Positions 32,394 through 41,879 of a DNA stretch of 64,000 bases are shown piece after piece. The DNA is from an uncultured Candidatus Saccharibacteria bacterium (GTDB lineage: Bacteria > Patescibacteriota > Minisyncoccia > Phycocordibacterales > UBA9973): contig CAZFSV010000002.1 in assembly GCA_964522195.1 (NCBI GenBank), positions 36,743 through 100,742 on the forward strand, read 5' to 3'. The notes beneath the pieces were generated by a model. That model was not told the origin of the DNA, did not search any database, and saw only the letters and a program-made list of their open reading frames with translations. Both the position numbers and the translations under genes were made by a program. Each line of letters begins with the position of its first letter. Position 1 is the first letter of the stretch.

Positions 32394-32425
32394 TGTGGTT
32401 AAGTTTGTGATTAACTTGTGGATTG
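32394..32425. promoter_or_regulatory. Three tandem DnaA-box-like 9-mers upstream of dnaB
   Basis: tgtggttaa, tgtgattaa and tgtggattg, each 1-2 mismatches from TGTGGATAA. Confidence 0.45.
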
Positions 32426-32458
32426 TTTAAAAACCTTTAAATATGGTATTATTTAGCT

Positions 32459-33409
32459 ATGTCAAAAAAGATATTATTGTCTGGAATACAACCTTCAGGC
32501 CTCCCTCATATTGGGAATTACTTTGGAGCCATGAAGCAATTTGTAGACCTTCAAGACGAATATGAAAGTTATATTTTTATAGCGGATTATCATGCATTAC
32601 ATACTTTACGTGACCCAAAAATAATGAGTGAAAATATTAAAAATGTTTTGCTTGATTATTTAGCTATTGGGCTTGATCCAAAAAAAGTCACTATTTATAA
32701 GCAATCCGATATTTCAGAGCACACTGAGTTAGCTTGGATTTTTGATACTTTGGTTACCATGCCTTATCTTATGAGAGCGCATGCTTTCAAGGATGCAGAA
32801 GCGAAGAATAAAGAAATTTCAGTAGGAACTTTTAATTACCCAGTATTACAATCTGCTGATATTTTGCTCTATGATGCAGATGTTGTTCCTGTGGGTCAAG
32901 ATCAAAAGCAACACATAGAAATTGCTCGTGATATAGCACTTAAATTTAACAATCAATATGGAGAGACTTTTAAATTACCGGAATCTTTAATATTAGAAAA
33001 TGTTTCTATCGTGCCTGGGACTGATGGTCAAAAGATGAGTAAGAGTTATGGAAATATAATTCCTTTATTCGGAACAACAGAAGAAATTAAAAAAGCTGTT
33101 ATGGGTATTGTGACTGATTCAGGAGAAGGAATTCCAGAAAATGTTTATAATATTCATAAATTGTTAAGAAATGAAGAAGAATTAAAAGTTCTTTATGAAG
33201 AAAAAAAAGGTAAGTATAAAGATTTAAAAGAAGAATTGCTCGAAGATATTGAAAAACTTTTAGAACCTATGCGAGAGAGAAGAAAATACTGGGAAGAGCA
33301 TATGGACGAAGCACTAGAAATTCTAAAATCTGGAGGAGAAAAAATGAAAGCAAAAGCAAATAAAAAAATGCAAGAAGTACGAGAAAAATTAGGAGTTAAT
33401 GTTTATTAA
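32459..33409 (+). CDS. trpS: Tryptophan--tRNA ligase
   Basis: [23 protein letters not shown] and KMSKS motifs. Confidence 0.98.
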   Translation: MSKKILLSGIQPSGLPHIGNYFGAMKQFVDLQDEYESYIFIADYHALHTLRDPKIMSENIKNVLLDYLAIGLDPKKVTIYKQSDISEHTELAWIFDTLVTMPYLMRAHAFKDAEAKNKEISVGTFNYPVLQSADILLYDADVVPVGQDQKQHIEIARDIALKFNNQYGETFKLPESLILENVSIVPGTDGQKMSKSYGNIIPLFGTTEEIKKAVMGIVTDSGEGIPENVYNIHKLLRNEEELKVLYEEKKGKYKDLKEELLEDIEKLLEPMRERRKYWEEHMDEALEILKSGGEKMKAKANKKMQEVREKLGVNVY

Positions 33410-33414
33410 ATATT

Positions 33415-34803
33415 ATGCAAAACAGAACATATATAAAAGATTTAAATACAAAAATAGGGGAAGAAGTTATTATTGCTGGATGGGTTAATATCCGCCGAGA
33501 TCAAGGAAAAATGATTTTTATGGATTTTCGAGATATGACAGGCCTTGTTCAAGGAGTTATTTTGCCTGGAAGTTTAGCTATGGAAATAGGTAAACAAGTT
33601 CGTCCAGAATGGGTGGTAAAAGTTTCTGGAAAAGTAAATGAAAGACCAGAGAGAAATAAAAAAGCTGGAGTTTTAAACGGAGAGCTAGAACTTGAGGTTT
33701 TGAATATTGAAGTTTTAAATGAGTCTAAAACAACTCCTTTTTTGGTAGATGAAGATACGATAGCTGTGAACGAAGAAGTCCGTATGAAATATAGGTATTT
33801 AGATTTACGCACAACAAGAATGCAAAACAATTTACGTATGCGAGACAAAATAATTTCTTTCTTTAGAGATCATATGCATCAAAATGGATTTTTGGATATT
33901 GAAACTCCGATAATGACAAAAGGTACCCCAGAAGGTTCGAGAGAGTATCTAGTGCCTTCTCGCCTAGAACCAGGTAAATTTTATGTATTACCTCAATCTC
34001 CACAACAATTCAAGCAACTTGCTATGGTGGCAGGCTTTGAAAAATATTTCCAAATTGCAAAATGTATGCGTGATGAAGATACTCGCGGAGATAGACAGCC
34101 TGAATTTACTCAACTTGATTATGAATTATCTTTCACTAATCAAGAAGAAATAATTTCTTATACTGAAGATATGTTTATTAAAATGGTAAAAACTTTGTAT
34201 CCAAATAAAAAGATTCAACAAATTCCTTTTCCTAGAATAACATATAAAGAATCTATGGAAAAATACGGTAATGATAAACCAGATTTAAGAGAAGACAAGA
34301 ATGATCCTGATTTGCTTGCTTTTTGTTGGGTTGTTGATTTTCCTATGTTTGAGAAAAATTCGGAAGGTCAAATCGGAGCAGTGCACCATCCTTTTACTCG
34401 ACCTTTGGATGAAGACTTGCATTTACTTGATTCTGATCCATTAAAAGCTCGTGCTAATGCTTATGATATTGTGCTTAATGGTTATGAATTAGGAGGAGGT
34501 TCTATTCGTATCCATGAGAGAGATTTACAAAATAAAATTTTTGAGATTTTAGGATTATCAAAAGAATTAATCGAAGCTCGTTTTGGTCATATGCTTGAGG
34601 CTTTTGAATACGGAGCTCCTCCTCATGGGGGTTGCGCTCAAGGTGTAGATCGTATTGTTATGCTGCTTCAAAATGAGCCAAATATTCGTGAAGTTATAGC
34701 TTTCCCTAAAACAGGAGAAGGTAGGGATCTAATGATGGGCGCTCCTAGTGAAGCAGGAGATAATCAACTTAATGAATTAGGTATAAATCTAAAAAAGAAC
34801 TAA
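33415..34803 (+). CDS. aspS: Aspartate--tRNA ligase (short form lacking the GAD insert)
   Basis: [34 protein letters not shown] and PPHGG motifs. Confidence 0.95.
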   Translation: MQNRTYIKDLNTKIGEEVIIAGWVNIRRDQGKMIFMDFRDMTGLVQGVILPGSLAMEIGKQVRPEWVVKVSGKVNERPERNKKAGVLNGELELEVLNIEVLNESKTTPFLVDEDTIAVNEEVRMKYRYLDLRTTRMQNNLRMRDKIISFFRDHMHQNGFLDIETPIMTKGTPEGSREYLVPSRLEPGKFYVLPQSPQQFKQLAMVAGFEKYFQIAKCMRDEDTRGDRQPEFTQLDYELSFTNQEEIISYTEDMFIKMVKTLYPNKKIQQIPFPRITYKESMEKYGNDKPDLREDKNDPDLLAFCWVVDFPMFEKNSEGQIGAVHHPFTRPLDEDLHLLDSDPLKARANAYDIVLNGYELGGGSIRIHERDLQNKIFEILGLSKELIEARFGHMLEAFEYGAPPHGGCAQGVDRIVMLLQNEPNIREVIAFPKTGEGRDLMMGAPSEAGDNQLNELGINLKKN

Positions 34804-35156
34804 TGGAACTTTCTAAAAGAAAATGCATACCTTGCGAAGATAAAAACTTAAAGCCTTTTGATCTCGAACGAGCAGAAGAATATATGGTTGATGTCAAAGG
34901 TTGGGAACTTTTAAAAACTGCGAATGTCGGACATTCGCAAGTTTTCAAAATCTCTAGGGAATTTCAATTTAAAGATTTTGTAGAAGCTTTAGAATTTGTA
35001 AACAGAGTAGGAGATTTGGCAGAAACTGAAGGTCATCACCCGGATATACTAATGCATTCTTGGAATAGAGTTTTAATAACTCTCTATACACATTCAATAG
35101 GTGGACTATCTGAGAATGACTACATCCTTGCCGCTAAAATAAATCAAGTAGCATAA
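34803..35156 (+). CDS. Pterin-4a-carbinolamine dehydratase
   Basis: CIPC, AETEGHHPD and THSIGGLSEND motifs. Confidence 0.92.
   Translation: MELSKRKCIPCEDKNLKPFDLERAEEYMVDVKGWELLKTANVGHSQVFKISREFQFKDFVEALEFVNRVGDLAETEGHHPDILMHSWNRVLITLYTHSIGGLSENDYILAAKINQVA
34914..34945. repeat. Palindrome in-frame inside the dehydratase gene
   Basis: aaaactgcgaatgtc-g-gacattcgcaagtttt, encoding KTANVGHSQVF. Confidence 0.75.
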
Positions 35157-35191
35157 ACAAAACCCATAGGAATTTCCTATGGGTTTTGTTT
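35155..35191. terminator. Bidirectional terminator
   Basis: aaacaaaacccataggaa-t-ttcctatgggttttgttt. Confidence 0.85.
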
Positions 35192-35649
35192 TATTTTGAA
35201 TCCAGTTCTAGATTTATGTTCTTATAAAGACTATCTTGATAATCTTCAAGTTCATACCATTTACCCTCATACGCTAGTTTTGCTTGCATAGGCCAGTTTT
35301 TAGGGTTTGCCATATTGAAACTATTTCCAGCTTGATCTAGTATCATTTGTAGGTCAGCTATATAAGTATAAGCTAAAGTCTCATAGGTTTTGATACCTTT
35401 GTTGTATAAAAGTTCTTGAATTTTAGGACCAATGCCTTCTATTTTGGTTAAATCATCATATCTATCATTTTTATTTAAAACCATTTTTTGACTCAATTCT
35501 TCTATTTCAGAATTTAAATGTTCTAAATCTTCTTGCTTTTTCTTAGTTAAATTTATATCAATATATTCAAAATAAGAATATTTATTTATGAAATATAATG
35601 ATATAGCACAAAACATAGTTATTAATATGATGGTTAAATCTCCGTTCAT
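35191..35649 (-). CDS. Membrane-anchored helix-hairpin-helix protein (DUF4332-like)
   Basis: DDLTKIEGIGPKI...WPMQAKLA..GKW.EL plus an N-terminal TM helix. Confidence 0.8.
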   Translation of the reverse strand: MNGDLTIILITMFCAISLYFINKYSYFEYIDINLTKKKQEDLEHLNSEIEELSQKMVLNKNDRYDDLTKIEGIGPKIQELLYNKGIKTYETLAYTYIADLQMILDQAGNSFNMANPKNWPMQAKLAYEGKWYELEDYQDSLYKNINLELDSK

Positions 35650-35656
35650 ATTATTA

Positions 35657-38203
35657 TTATATATACTTTTTTAGAAATTTATCAAGTTTTTTAGAATCTC
35701 TTTTTAAAAGCAAATTATTTATTTCCATTCTTTCTAAAACTTGTTCTAGGGATCTTTTTGCTGTTTTTGGATCTTTATCTTTGAATAAATTTTTAAGAAT
35801 TTTAATATGTTTTTCTTCAGCAGTTGGGCTTATGCCTTTAATTAGTCTTCCTAAAGTATACCCTCCGTCACCATATCTATTTAAAATAGTTTGCCAATTT
35901 ATTTTTAAAGATTTAAACCAAATATCTCGACCAATAGGATTTTGCGCTAAACTTGTTAACATACCAACAGTATCTTGAGAACGTACATGTTCTGAAAAAG
36001 CAAAATTTACTACTTCGCAAAGTATTTTATTATTTTTAAATTCTGCTAAAGCATACCCAATACGATTTTTCTCTTCATGCATATTTTCATTTTTATAGTT
36101 TTTAATTAGCTCTTTGTATTCTTTTTCTCCACCATTTATAGCTATTGTATTATAAATAAAACCTTTAATATCAGTATTTATTTTTTCTTTATTTTTAATT
36201 TTTTTATATTCTTGTTTTGCAAAATTTATAACTTTTTTATCTCCTAAAGATGCTAATTTGTTTAAAATAAGGGGACGAAGTAGAGAAGTAAAATGATCCT
36301 CTTTTTCTAATTTTTCAAAAGAAATTTTATTCTTTATTTTACTTAATAAATTTATTTGATAAATTTCTAATTTCTTTTCGTGTTTAGTTTTTGCAAAGAT
36401 TTGAGAAACTCTATTAAGTCCTGAAATTATTTCAAGCCAAACAATATAATTATCTTCGTCTTTATAATTCTCCAAAAACTCCAATACTTCTACTATGCTT
36501 GTAGTTCCGTTTTCAGCTAAAGCGAATAAATCTCTAACAATTCCTAATCTATCAATGGGAGAGAATTCTTGATTTTGGATTTTATCTTTTAATAAATTAA
36601 GTAAATTAAAATCATAAGAAGTTCTATAAAAACCACTTTCATTTATATTTAATTTCAATATTTCATTATTATTGTAAGGAATAAAGTCAGTTTTTTTAGT
36701 CAATAAAATTTGATCTATATTTTCTCCAATTTGGAAATTGATAGGAACTTGCCATAAAGTGTTTGTATTATGTTTTGGGTGAGCAAAAAATCTCTTTTGA
36801 CTAATTTGAATTTTATTTTTTTGTAATTTTAGACTAATTTGAGGGTAGCCAGATTTTTGGGTCCAGTTTTTCATAATATTAGCAACAGGAATTTTACTTA
36901 CTTTTAGAAAAGCATGCCACAAATCTTCTGTTTCAGTATTTTTATAACTATGTTTTTTTAAATAATATCTTAATCCATCGCGAAATTTTTCTTCTCCCAA
37001 ATAATCCGCCAGCATACGAATAACTGAAGCTCCTTTTGAATAAGAAACTTCATCAAAAATTTCTCCTATTTCGTCTGGATGATGAACTTCGATTTCAATC
37101 GGATGAGTATTGTATAAAGAGTCTAATTTTAAAGCTACACCTAAATCATGGTTTGCAAATTGATTCCAAATATTCCATTCTGGGAAAATTTTATCAACAG
37201 CTAAATATTCAATATAAGAAGCAAAACCTTCATTCAGCCATAAATGCGTCCACCAGCGCATAGTAACTAAATTTCCAAACCATTGATGAGCTATTTCGTG
37301 GGCTATAACGAGCGCTACCCATTGTTTGTTGGTAACAGAAGAATTTTCTTCATCTACAAGCAAAGCACTTTCTCGATAAGTAATAGCTCCCCAGTTTTCC
37401 ATAGCTCCACTTGAAAAATCAGGTATTGCTATCATATCTAGTGTAGGCAAAGGATATTTGATATCAAAATATTCTTCAAAAAAATCTAAAGTTTTAATTG
37501 CTACTTCTAAAGCAAATTTACTTTGATTAATTTTACCTTTGGTTGCATAAACTTTTATGCTGACATTATTTTTACTTTTTCCTTCTATAAAATCAAAATC
37601 TCCAACAATAAAAGCTAGGAGATAAGTCGACATAATGGGAGTCGGAGAGAAAGATATTACTTGATATCCTGGATCGTGTTCTTTGATTGATATAGGTAAT
37701 GTATTTGATATAGCTGTATGTTCTTTGCGGATTACTAAAGACACATTAAAAACAGCTTTTTGTTCTGGTTCATCAAAACAAGGGAAAGCACGTCTTGCAT
37801 CAGTTGCTTCAAATTGAGTAGTAGCGAGATATTTCTTCTCTCCATTATATTGATAGCTACTTTTATAAAAACCACGCATTTTGTCATTTAATATTCCAGC
37901 AAAACTTAGATTTAATTTATACTTACCTTTAGGAATTTTATTTTTAAAAGTAAAATTTACAGTTTCATTTTTTATGTTGTAATCTATTTTGTTTGCAAAA
38001 ATTTTGTTCTTATTTATTTCAATAGAAGCTGTTTCTATATCAATATCTTTACTATGTAAAGTTATATTTTTAGTTTCTTTTAAAATATTTAAATAAATTA
38101 TCTCAAAACCAGAAAAAACAAAATTCTCTAAATCAGGTTTTAAGTTTATGTCATATTTTATAGGTATAATATCTCTTGAGAGTTTAATTTTATTTTTCTG
38201 CAT
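35657..38203 (-). CDS. pepN: M1 family aminopeptidase N (ERAP1-type C-terminus)
   Basis: GAMENWG, HEIAHQWFG...WLNEG and YSKG motifs; likely ATG at 38203. Confidence 0.93.
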   Translation of the reverse strand: MQKNKIKLSRDIIPIKYDINLKPDLENFVFSGFEIIYLNILKETKNITLHSKDIDIETASIEINKNKIFANKIDYNIKNETVNFTFKNKIPKGKYKLNLSFAGILNDKMRGFYKSSYQYNGEKKYLATTQFEATDARRAFPCFDEPEQKAVFNVSLVIRKEHTAISNTLPISIKEHDPGYQVISFSPTPIMSTYLLAFIVGDFDFIEGKSKNNVSIKVYATKGKINQSKFALEVAIKTLDFFEEYFDIKYPLPTLDMIAIPDFSSGAMENWGAITYRESALLVDEENSSVTNKQWVALVIAHEIAHQWFGNLVTMRWWTHLWLNEGFASYIEYLAVDKIFPEWNIWNQFANHDLGVALKLDSLYNTHPIEIEVHHPDEIGEIFDEVSYSKGASVIRMLADYLGEEKFRDGLRYYLKKHSYKNTETEDLWHAFLKVSKIPVANIMKNWTQKSGYPQISLKLQKNKIQISQKRFFAHPKHNTNTLWQVPINFQIGENIDQILLTKKTDFIPYNNNEILKLNINESGFYRTSYDFNLLNLLKDKIQNQEFSPIDRLGIVRDLFALAENGTTSIVEVLEFLENYKDEDNYIVWLEIISGLNRVSQIFAKTKHEKKLEIYQINLLSKIKNKISFEKLEKEDHFTSLLRPLILNKLASLGDKKVINFAKQEYKKIKNKEKINTDIKGFIYNTIAINGGEKEYKELIKNYKNENMHEEKNRIGYALAEFKNNKILCEVVNFAFSEHVRSQDTVGMLTSLAQNPIGRDIWFKSLKINWQTILNRYGDGGYTLGRLIKGISPTAEEKHIKILKNLFKDKDPKTAKRSLEQVLERMEINNLLLKRDSKKLDKFLKKYI

Positions 38204-38290
38204 TTTCTTATAAATTTTAAGGATAATTTTTATATTATAACACAAGTAGGTTTTAATGCTTTTAAGGTAAAAAAATGTTAAAATAGCTAT

Positions 38291-39019
38291 ATGGAAAACT
38301 ATCATACAGAGGATTTTTTTATTAAAACAGACCAATTCAGTGGCCCTTATTCTGTATTACTGTCTATGATAGAAGATCGTAAGCTTTTTATAAATGATAT
38401 ATCTCTTTCTTTAATAACAGAAGATTATTTAAAATATGTTAATTCTAATAACATCCATCCTTCCTTAATTTCAAATTTTGTATTAGTTGCTTCAACATTA
38501 ATTTTAATCAAATCAAAATCTTTATTACCAAGCCTTGATCTTACAGAAGAAGAACAGACTGATATTAAAAATCTGCAAGATAGATTAAAATTATATGAAT
38601 ATTACTCAAATCTATCTATTAACATAAAAGAAAAATTTGGTAAAAGAATTCTTTTTTTTCCGGAAGAAAGAAAAAATTATGATGTTATATTTTTACCTGA
38701 TAATGAAATAACTCAAGAGAAAATGATGTTTTTAGTTAGTGAATTATTAAATAAAATACCTAAAAAAAGTATAAATCCTGAAGTTTCAGTTAAAAAAGTT
38801 ATTTCTTTAGAAGAAATGATAGATAAATTGAAAGTTAGAATACAGAATAGTCTTAAATTGTCTTTTAAGGATTTTGCTGGACAAGGAGCTTCTAAGGAAG
38901 AAAGAGTTTATGCAATTGTAGGATTTTTAGCTATACTAGAATTAGCAAGAGAAGGTATTCTAAGTGTCGTGCAAAACAATCATTTCGAAGATATTTTAAT
39001 AGAAAAAAATAATTTATAA
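38291..39019 (+). CDS. scpA: Segregation and condensation protein A
   Basis: FSGP..LL, LIKSKSLLP and FLAILEL motifs; adjacent to scpB. Confidence 0.9.
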   Translation: MENYHTEDFFIKTDQFSGPYSVLLSMIEDRKLFINDISLSLITEDYLKYVNSNNIHPSLISNFVLVASTLILIKSKSLLPSLDLTEEEQTDIKNLQDRLKLYEYYSNLSINIKEKFGKRILFFPEERKNYDVIFLPDNEITQEKMMFLVSELLNKIPKKSINPEVSVKKVISLEEMIDKLKVRIQNSLKLSFKDFAGQGASKEERVYAIVGFLAILELAREGILSVVQNNHFEDILIEKNNL

Positions 39020-39027
39020 AATAAAAA

Positions 39028-39576
39028 ATGAATAATTTAGAACAAAAAATTGAAAGCGTTTTATTTTTCAAAGGAGAGCCAATAAAAATTAAAAAATTAG
39101 CTCAAATTTTAGAGGAAAAAGAAGAAGTAATAATAGAATCTTTAAAGAAATTAAAATCCTCACTGGAAAACAGAGGTATTAGTTTAATGGAAAAAGAAGA
39201 TGAAGTATTTTTAGTTGTATCTCTTGAAACTTCTTCTTTAATAGAAAAGATTCAAAAAGAAGAATTAAATAGAGATTTATCTAAAGCAAGTCTTGAAACT
39301 TTATCTATTATTTTATATAAAAATGGAGCAACTAGAAGCGAAATAGACTATATTCGTGGTGTAAATTCAAATTTTACTTTAAGAATATTATCAATTAGAG
39401 GATTGATAGAGAAAATAGCTGATAAAAATGATTCTAGGCGTTTTATATATAAACCTACTTTTGATTTATTGTCATTTTTAGGTATTACAACCGTAGAAGA
39501 AATGCCAGGTTTTAATAATCTAAAAGAAGGTTTAGAAAAATTAGAAGAAGATATAAACGAAATAGAGAATTCATAA
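39028..39576 (+). CDS. scpB: Segregation and condensation protein B
   Basis: LSKASLETLSIILY...IDYIRGVNS. Confidence 0.95.
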   Translation: MNNLEQKIESVLFFKGEPIKIKKLAQILEEKEEVIIESLKKLKSSLENRGISLMEKEDEVFLVVSLETSSLIEKIQKEELNRDLSKASLETLSIILYKNGATRSEIDYIRGVNSNFTLRILSIRGLIEKIADKNDSRRFIYKPTFDLLSFLGITTVEEMPGFNNLKEGLEKLEEDINEIENS

Positions 39577-39577
39577 A

Positions 39578-40006
39578 ATGAAGAAAAAAATTTTAATAAT
39601 TTTATTTTTAATATCTTTATCATCACCTTTTTACTCTTTGGCAGAAGAAAACAATAAAAACACCAACAATATCAAAATAATCACAAACGAATTTTTAAAT
39701 AAAATACCATTTAAAGGTAAATTAGATAACTACTTTTTGCAATCTGAAGTTTTTAGAAAAAATCAATTATTTTCTTTTTTGATTCAAAAAGATAAAGCTC
39801 AAAATCAAATTTTTGTTTTTGAAGAAAGAATAAATAATCAAACCTTAGAAGAAAATAAAAAAGAAGTTAAAAATGTTTTAATTTATTTAAAATACTATTA
39901 TTTTGGATTGTTAGCTTTTATTTTTAATAATATTTTTATATATTATATATTAATATTAATTATTTTGTTTTATATAATTTATAAAATTTGGAATAAATTT
40001 AAATAA
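39578..40006 (+). CDS. Hypothetical protein (signal peptide and C-terminal TM)
   Basis: ORF packed between scpB and the PBP2 gene. Confidence 0.7.
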   Translation: MKKKILIILFLISLSSPFYSLAEENNKNTNNIKIITNEFLNKIPFKGKLDNYFLQSEVFRKNQLFSFLIQKDKAQNQIFVFEERINNQTLEENKKEVKNVLIYLKYYYFGLLAFIFNNIFIYYILILIILFYIIYKIWNKFK

Positions 40007-41730
40007 TGATTATTAGAATTTTTAAAAAAAATAAAATTAAATTAAGAAATTCTGTGGACCCAGATGAAATCTTTTTAGATTCTACAAACTTAAACAATTT
40101 TGATACTCAGCAATTTGAAGGTAGACTAGAACAACCTATCTCAAAAAGAACTATTTATTTTATAGCTACTTTTTTTGTGAGTATTGTTTTCATTTTTACT
40201 TTCCAATTATTTAATTTACAAATAAAAAAAGGGGAAGCTTTTTTAGAGAGAAGTGAAAATAATAAATTAAATAAAGATATTATTTTTGCAGACAGAGGAA
40301 TTATTTATGACCGTAGAGGAGTAGAGCTTGCTTGGAACAAAAAAAATGATAATTTAATATCTGATTTTGATTTAAGTAAAAGCGAAGATTCTCTTTCTTT
40401 CAGAGAATATTTAAACCCAGGATTTTCTCATTTAGTTGGATATGTTACTTCGCCTACAAAAGACAAGAGTGGTAAGTTTTGGCAAACAGATTTTATAGGT
40501 AAAGAAGGATTAGAAAAACAATATTCAGATAGATTAAAAGGAGAAAACGGCTCAAGGCTCGTAGAAGTAGATGCAAGGGGTAATCTGCATTCTTTTAATG
40601 TTATAAATCCTCCTAAAAGAGGGCCTGACTTAGTGACAACCATCGATGCTAAATTACAACAAGCAGTTTACGGTGCTATGCAAAAACTAGCAGATAATCA
40701 TAATTTTACTGGTGGAGCAGGGGTTATTTTAGATGTTAATAATGGAGAAATTTTAACAGCAGTAAGTTTTCCGGAATATAATTCTCAAATATTATCTGAA
40801 GGTAAAGATGGGCAATCAATCAATGGTTATTTAAATGATAAAAGAAAATTATTTTTAAATAGATTTGCAAATGGACTTTATACTCCTGGATCCATAGTAA
40901 AACCTTTCTTTGCTTTAGGTGCTTTGATGGAAAATATTATTTCTCCTAATAAAGAAATTTTTTCTGCAGGTTCTATTTCTATTCCAAATCCTTATGATCC
41001 TAGCAAACCTACTATATTTAAAGACTGGAAAGCGCATGGTTGGACTGATATGAGAGAAGCTATCGCTGTATCCTCTGATGTTTATTTTTATAGCATTGGT
41101 GGAGGTTTTGGAGATCAAAAAGGTATGGGTATTTTAAATTTAGAAAAATATGCTCGTATGTTTAAAATTGGTGAAAAAACAGGTATAGATTTACCTCAAG
41201 AAAAAGAAGGCGTTATTCCAAATCCAGACTGGAAAAGTAAAAATTTCAAAGGAGAAGCTTGGCGTATAGGTAATACTTTTCATACTTCTATCGGACAATA
41301 TGGCTTCCAAGTAACTCCACTTGAGATGGCTAGAGCTACAGCAGCTTTAGCTAATGGAGGAACTTTTGTTACACCGCATTTAATATTAAATGATGAATCA
41401 ATGAATACTCAAAAAAGTAAAATAGATTTAAATCAAGAACATTTAAAAATTATACACGAAGGTATGAGAGAAACAGTAACTTATGGTACAGCGTCAGGAC
41501 TTAATTTTCCTTTTGTAGAAGTTGCAGCAAAAACAGGTACAGCTCAATTAGGTATTTCTAAAACTAGAGTTAATTCTTGGATTATAGGATTTTTCCCTTA
41601 TGAAAATCCAAAATATGCTTTTGCTTTGATGATGGAGTCAGGACCTTCTAATGCTGGAGTAGGAGCTTCGTCTGCTATGCGAGAAATTCTAGAATGGATG
41701 AATCAAAATACTCCAGAATATTTTGAATAA
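40006..41730 (+). CDS. mrdA: Class B penicillin-binding protein 2
   Basis: RGIIYDR, PGSIVK (SxxK), SSDVYFY (SxD) and KTGTAQ motifs. Confidence 0.93.
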   Translation: MIIRIFKKNKIKLRNSVDPDEIFLDSTNLNNFDTQQFEGRLEQPISKRTIYFIATFFVSIVFIFTFQLFNLQIKKGEAFLERSENNKLNKDIIFADRGIIYDRRGVELAWNKKNDNLISDFDLSKSEDSLSFREYLNPGFSHLVGYVTSPTKDKSGKFWQTDFIGKEGLEKQYSDRLKGENGSRLVEVDARGNLHSFNVINPPKRGPDLVTTIDAKLQQAVYGAMQKLADNHNFTGGAGVILDVNNGEILTAVSFPEYNSQILSEGKDGQSINGYLNDKRKLFLNRFANGLYTPGSIVKPFFALGALMENIISPNKEIFSAGSISIPNPYDPSKPTIFKDWKAHGWTDMREAIAVSSDVYFYSIGGGFGDQKGMGILNLEKYARMFKIGEKTGIDLPQEKEGVIPNPDWKSKNFKGEAWRIGNTFHTSIGQYGFQVTPLEMARATAALANGGTFVTPHLILNDESMNTQKSKIDLNQEHLKIIHEGMRETVTYGTASGLNFPFVEVAAKTGTAQLGISKTRVNSWIIGFFPYENPKYAFALMMESGPSNAGVGASSAMREILEWMNQNTPEYFE

Positions 41731-41879
41731 AACTTAATTTTTTACAAAAAATATACAAAAACATATTTTTGACATTTTTAATAAAAAGTTATATATTAAT
41801 AAGGTAAATAGTCTTTTAATTTCGATAAAAGGTCCTTTATTAACATTAATCAGTTTTTATTAAATTAATTAAAAATTAT

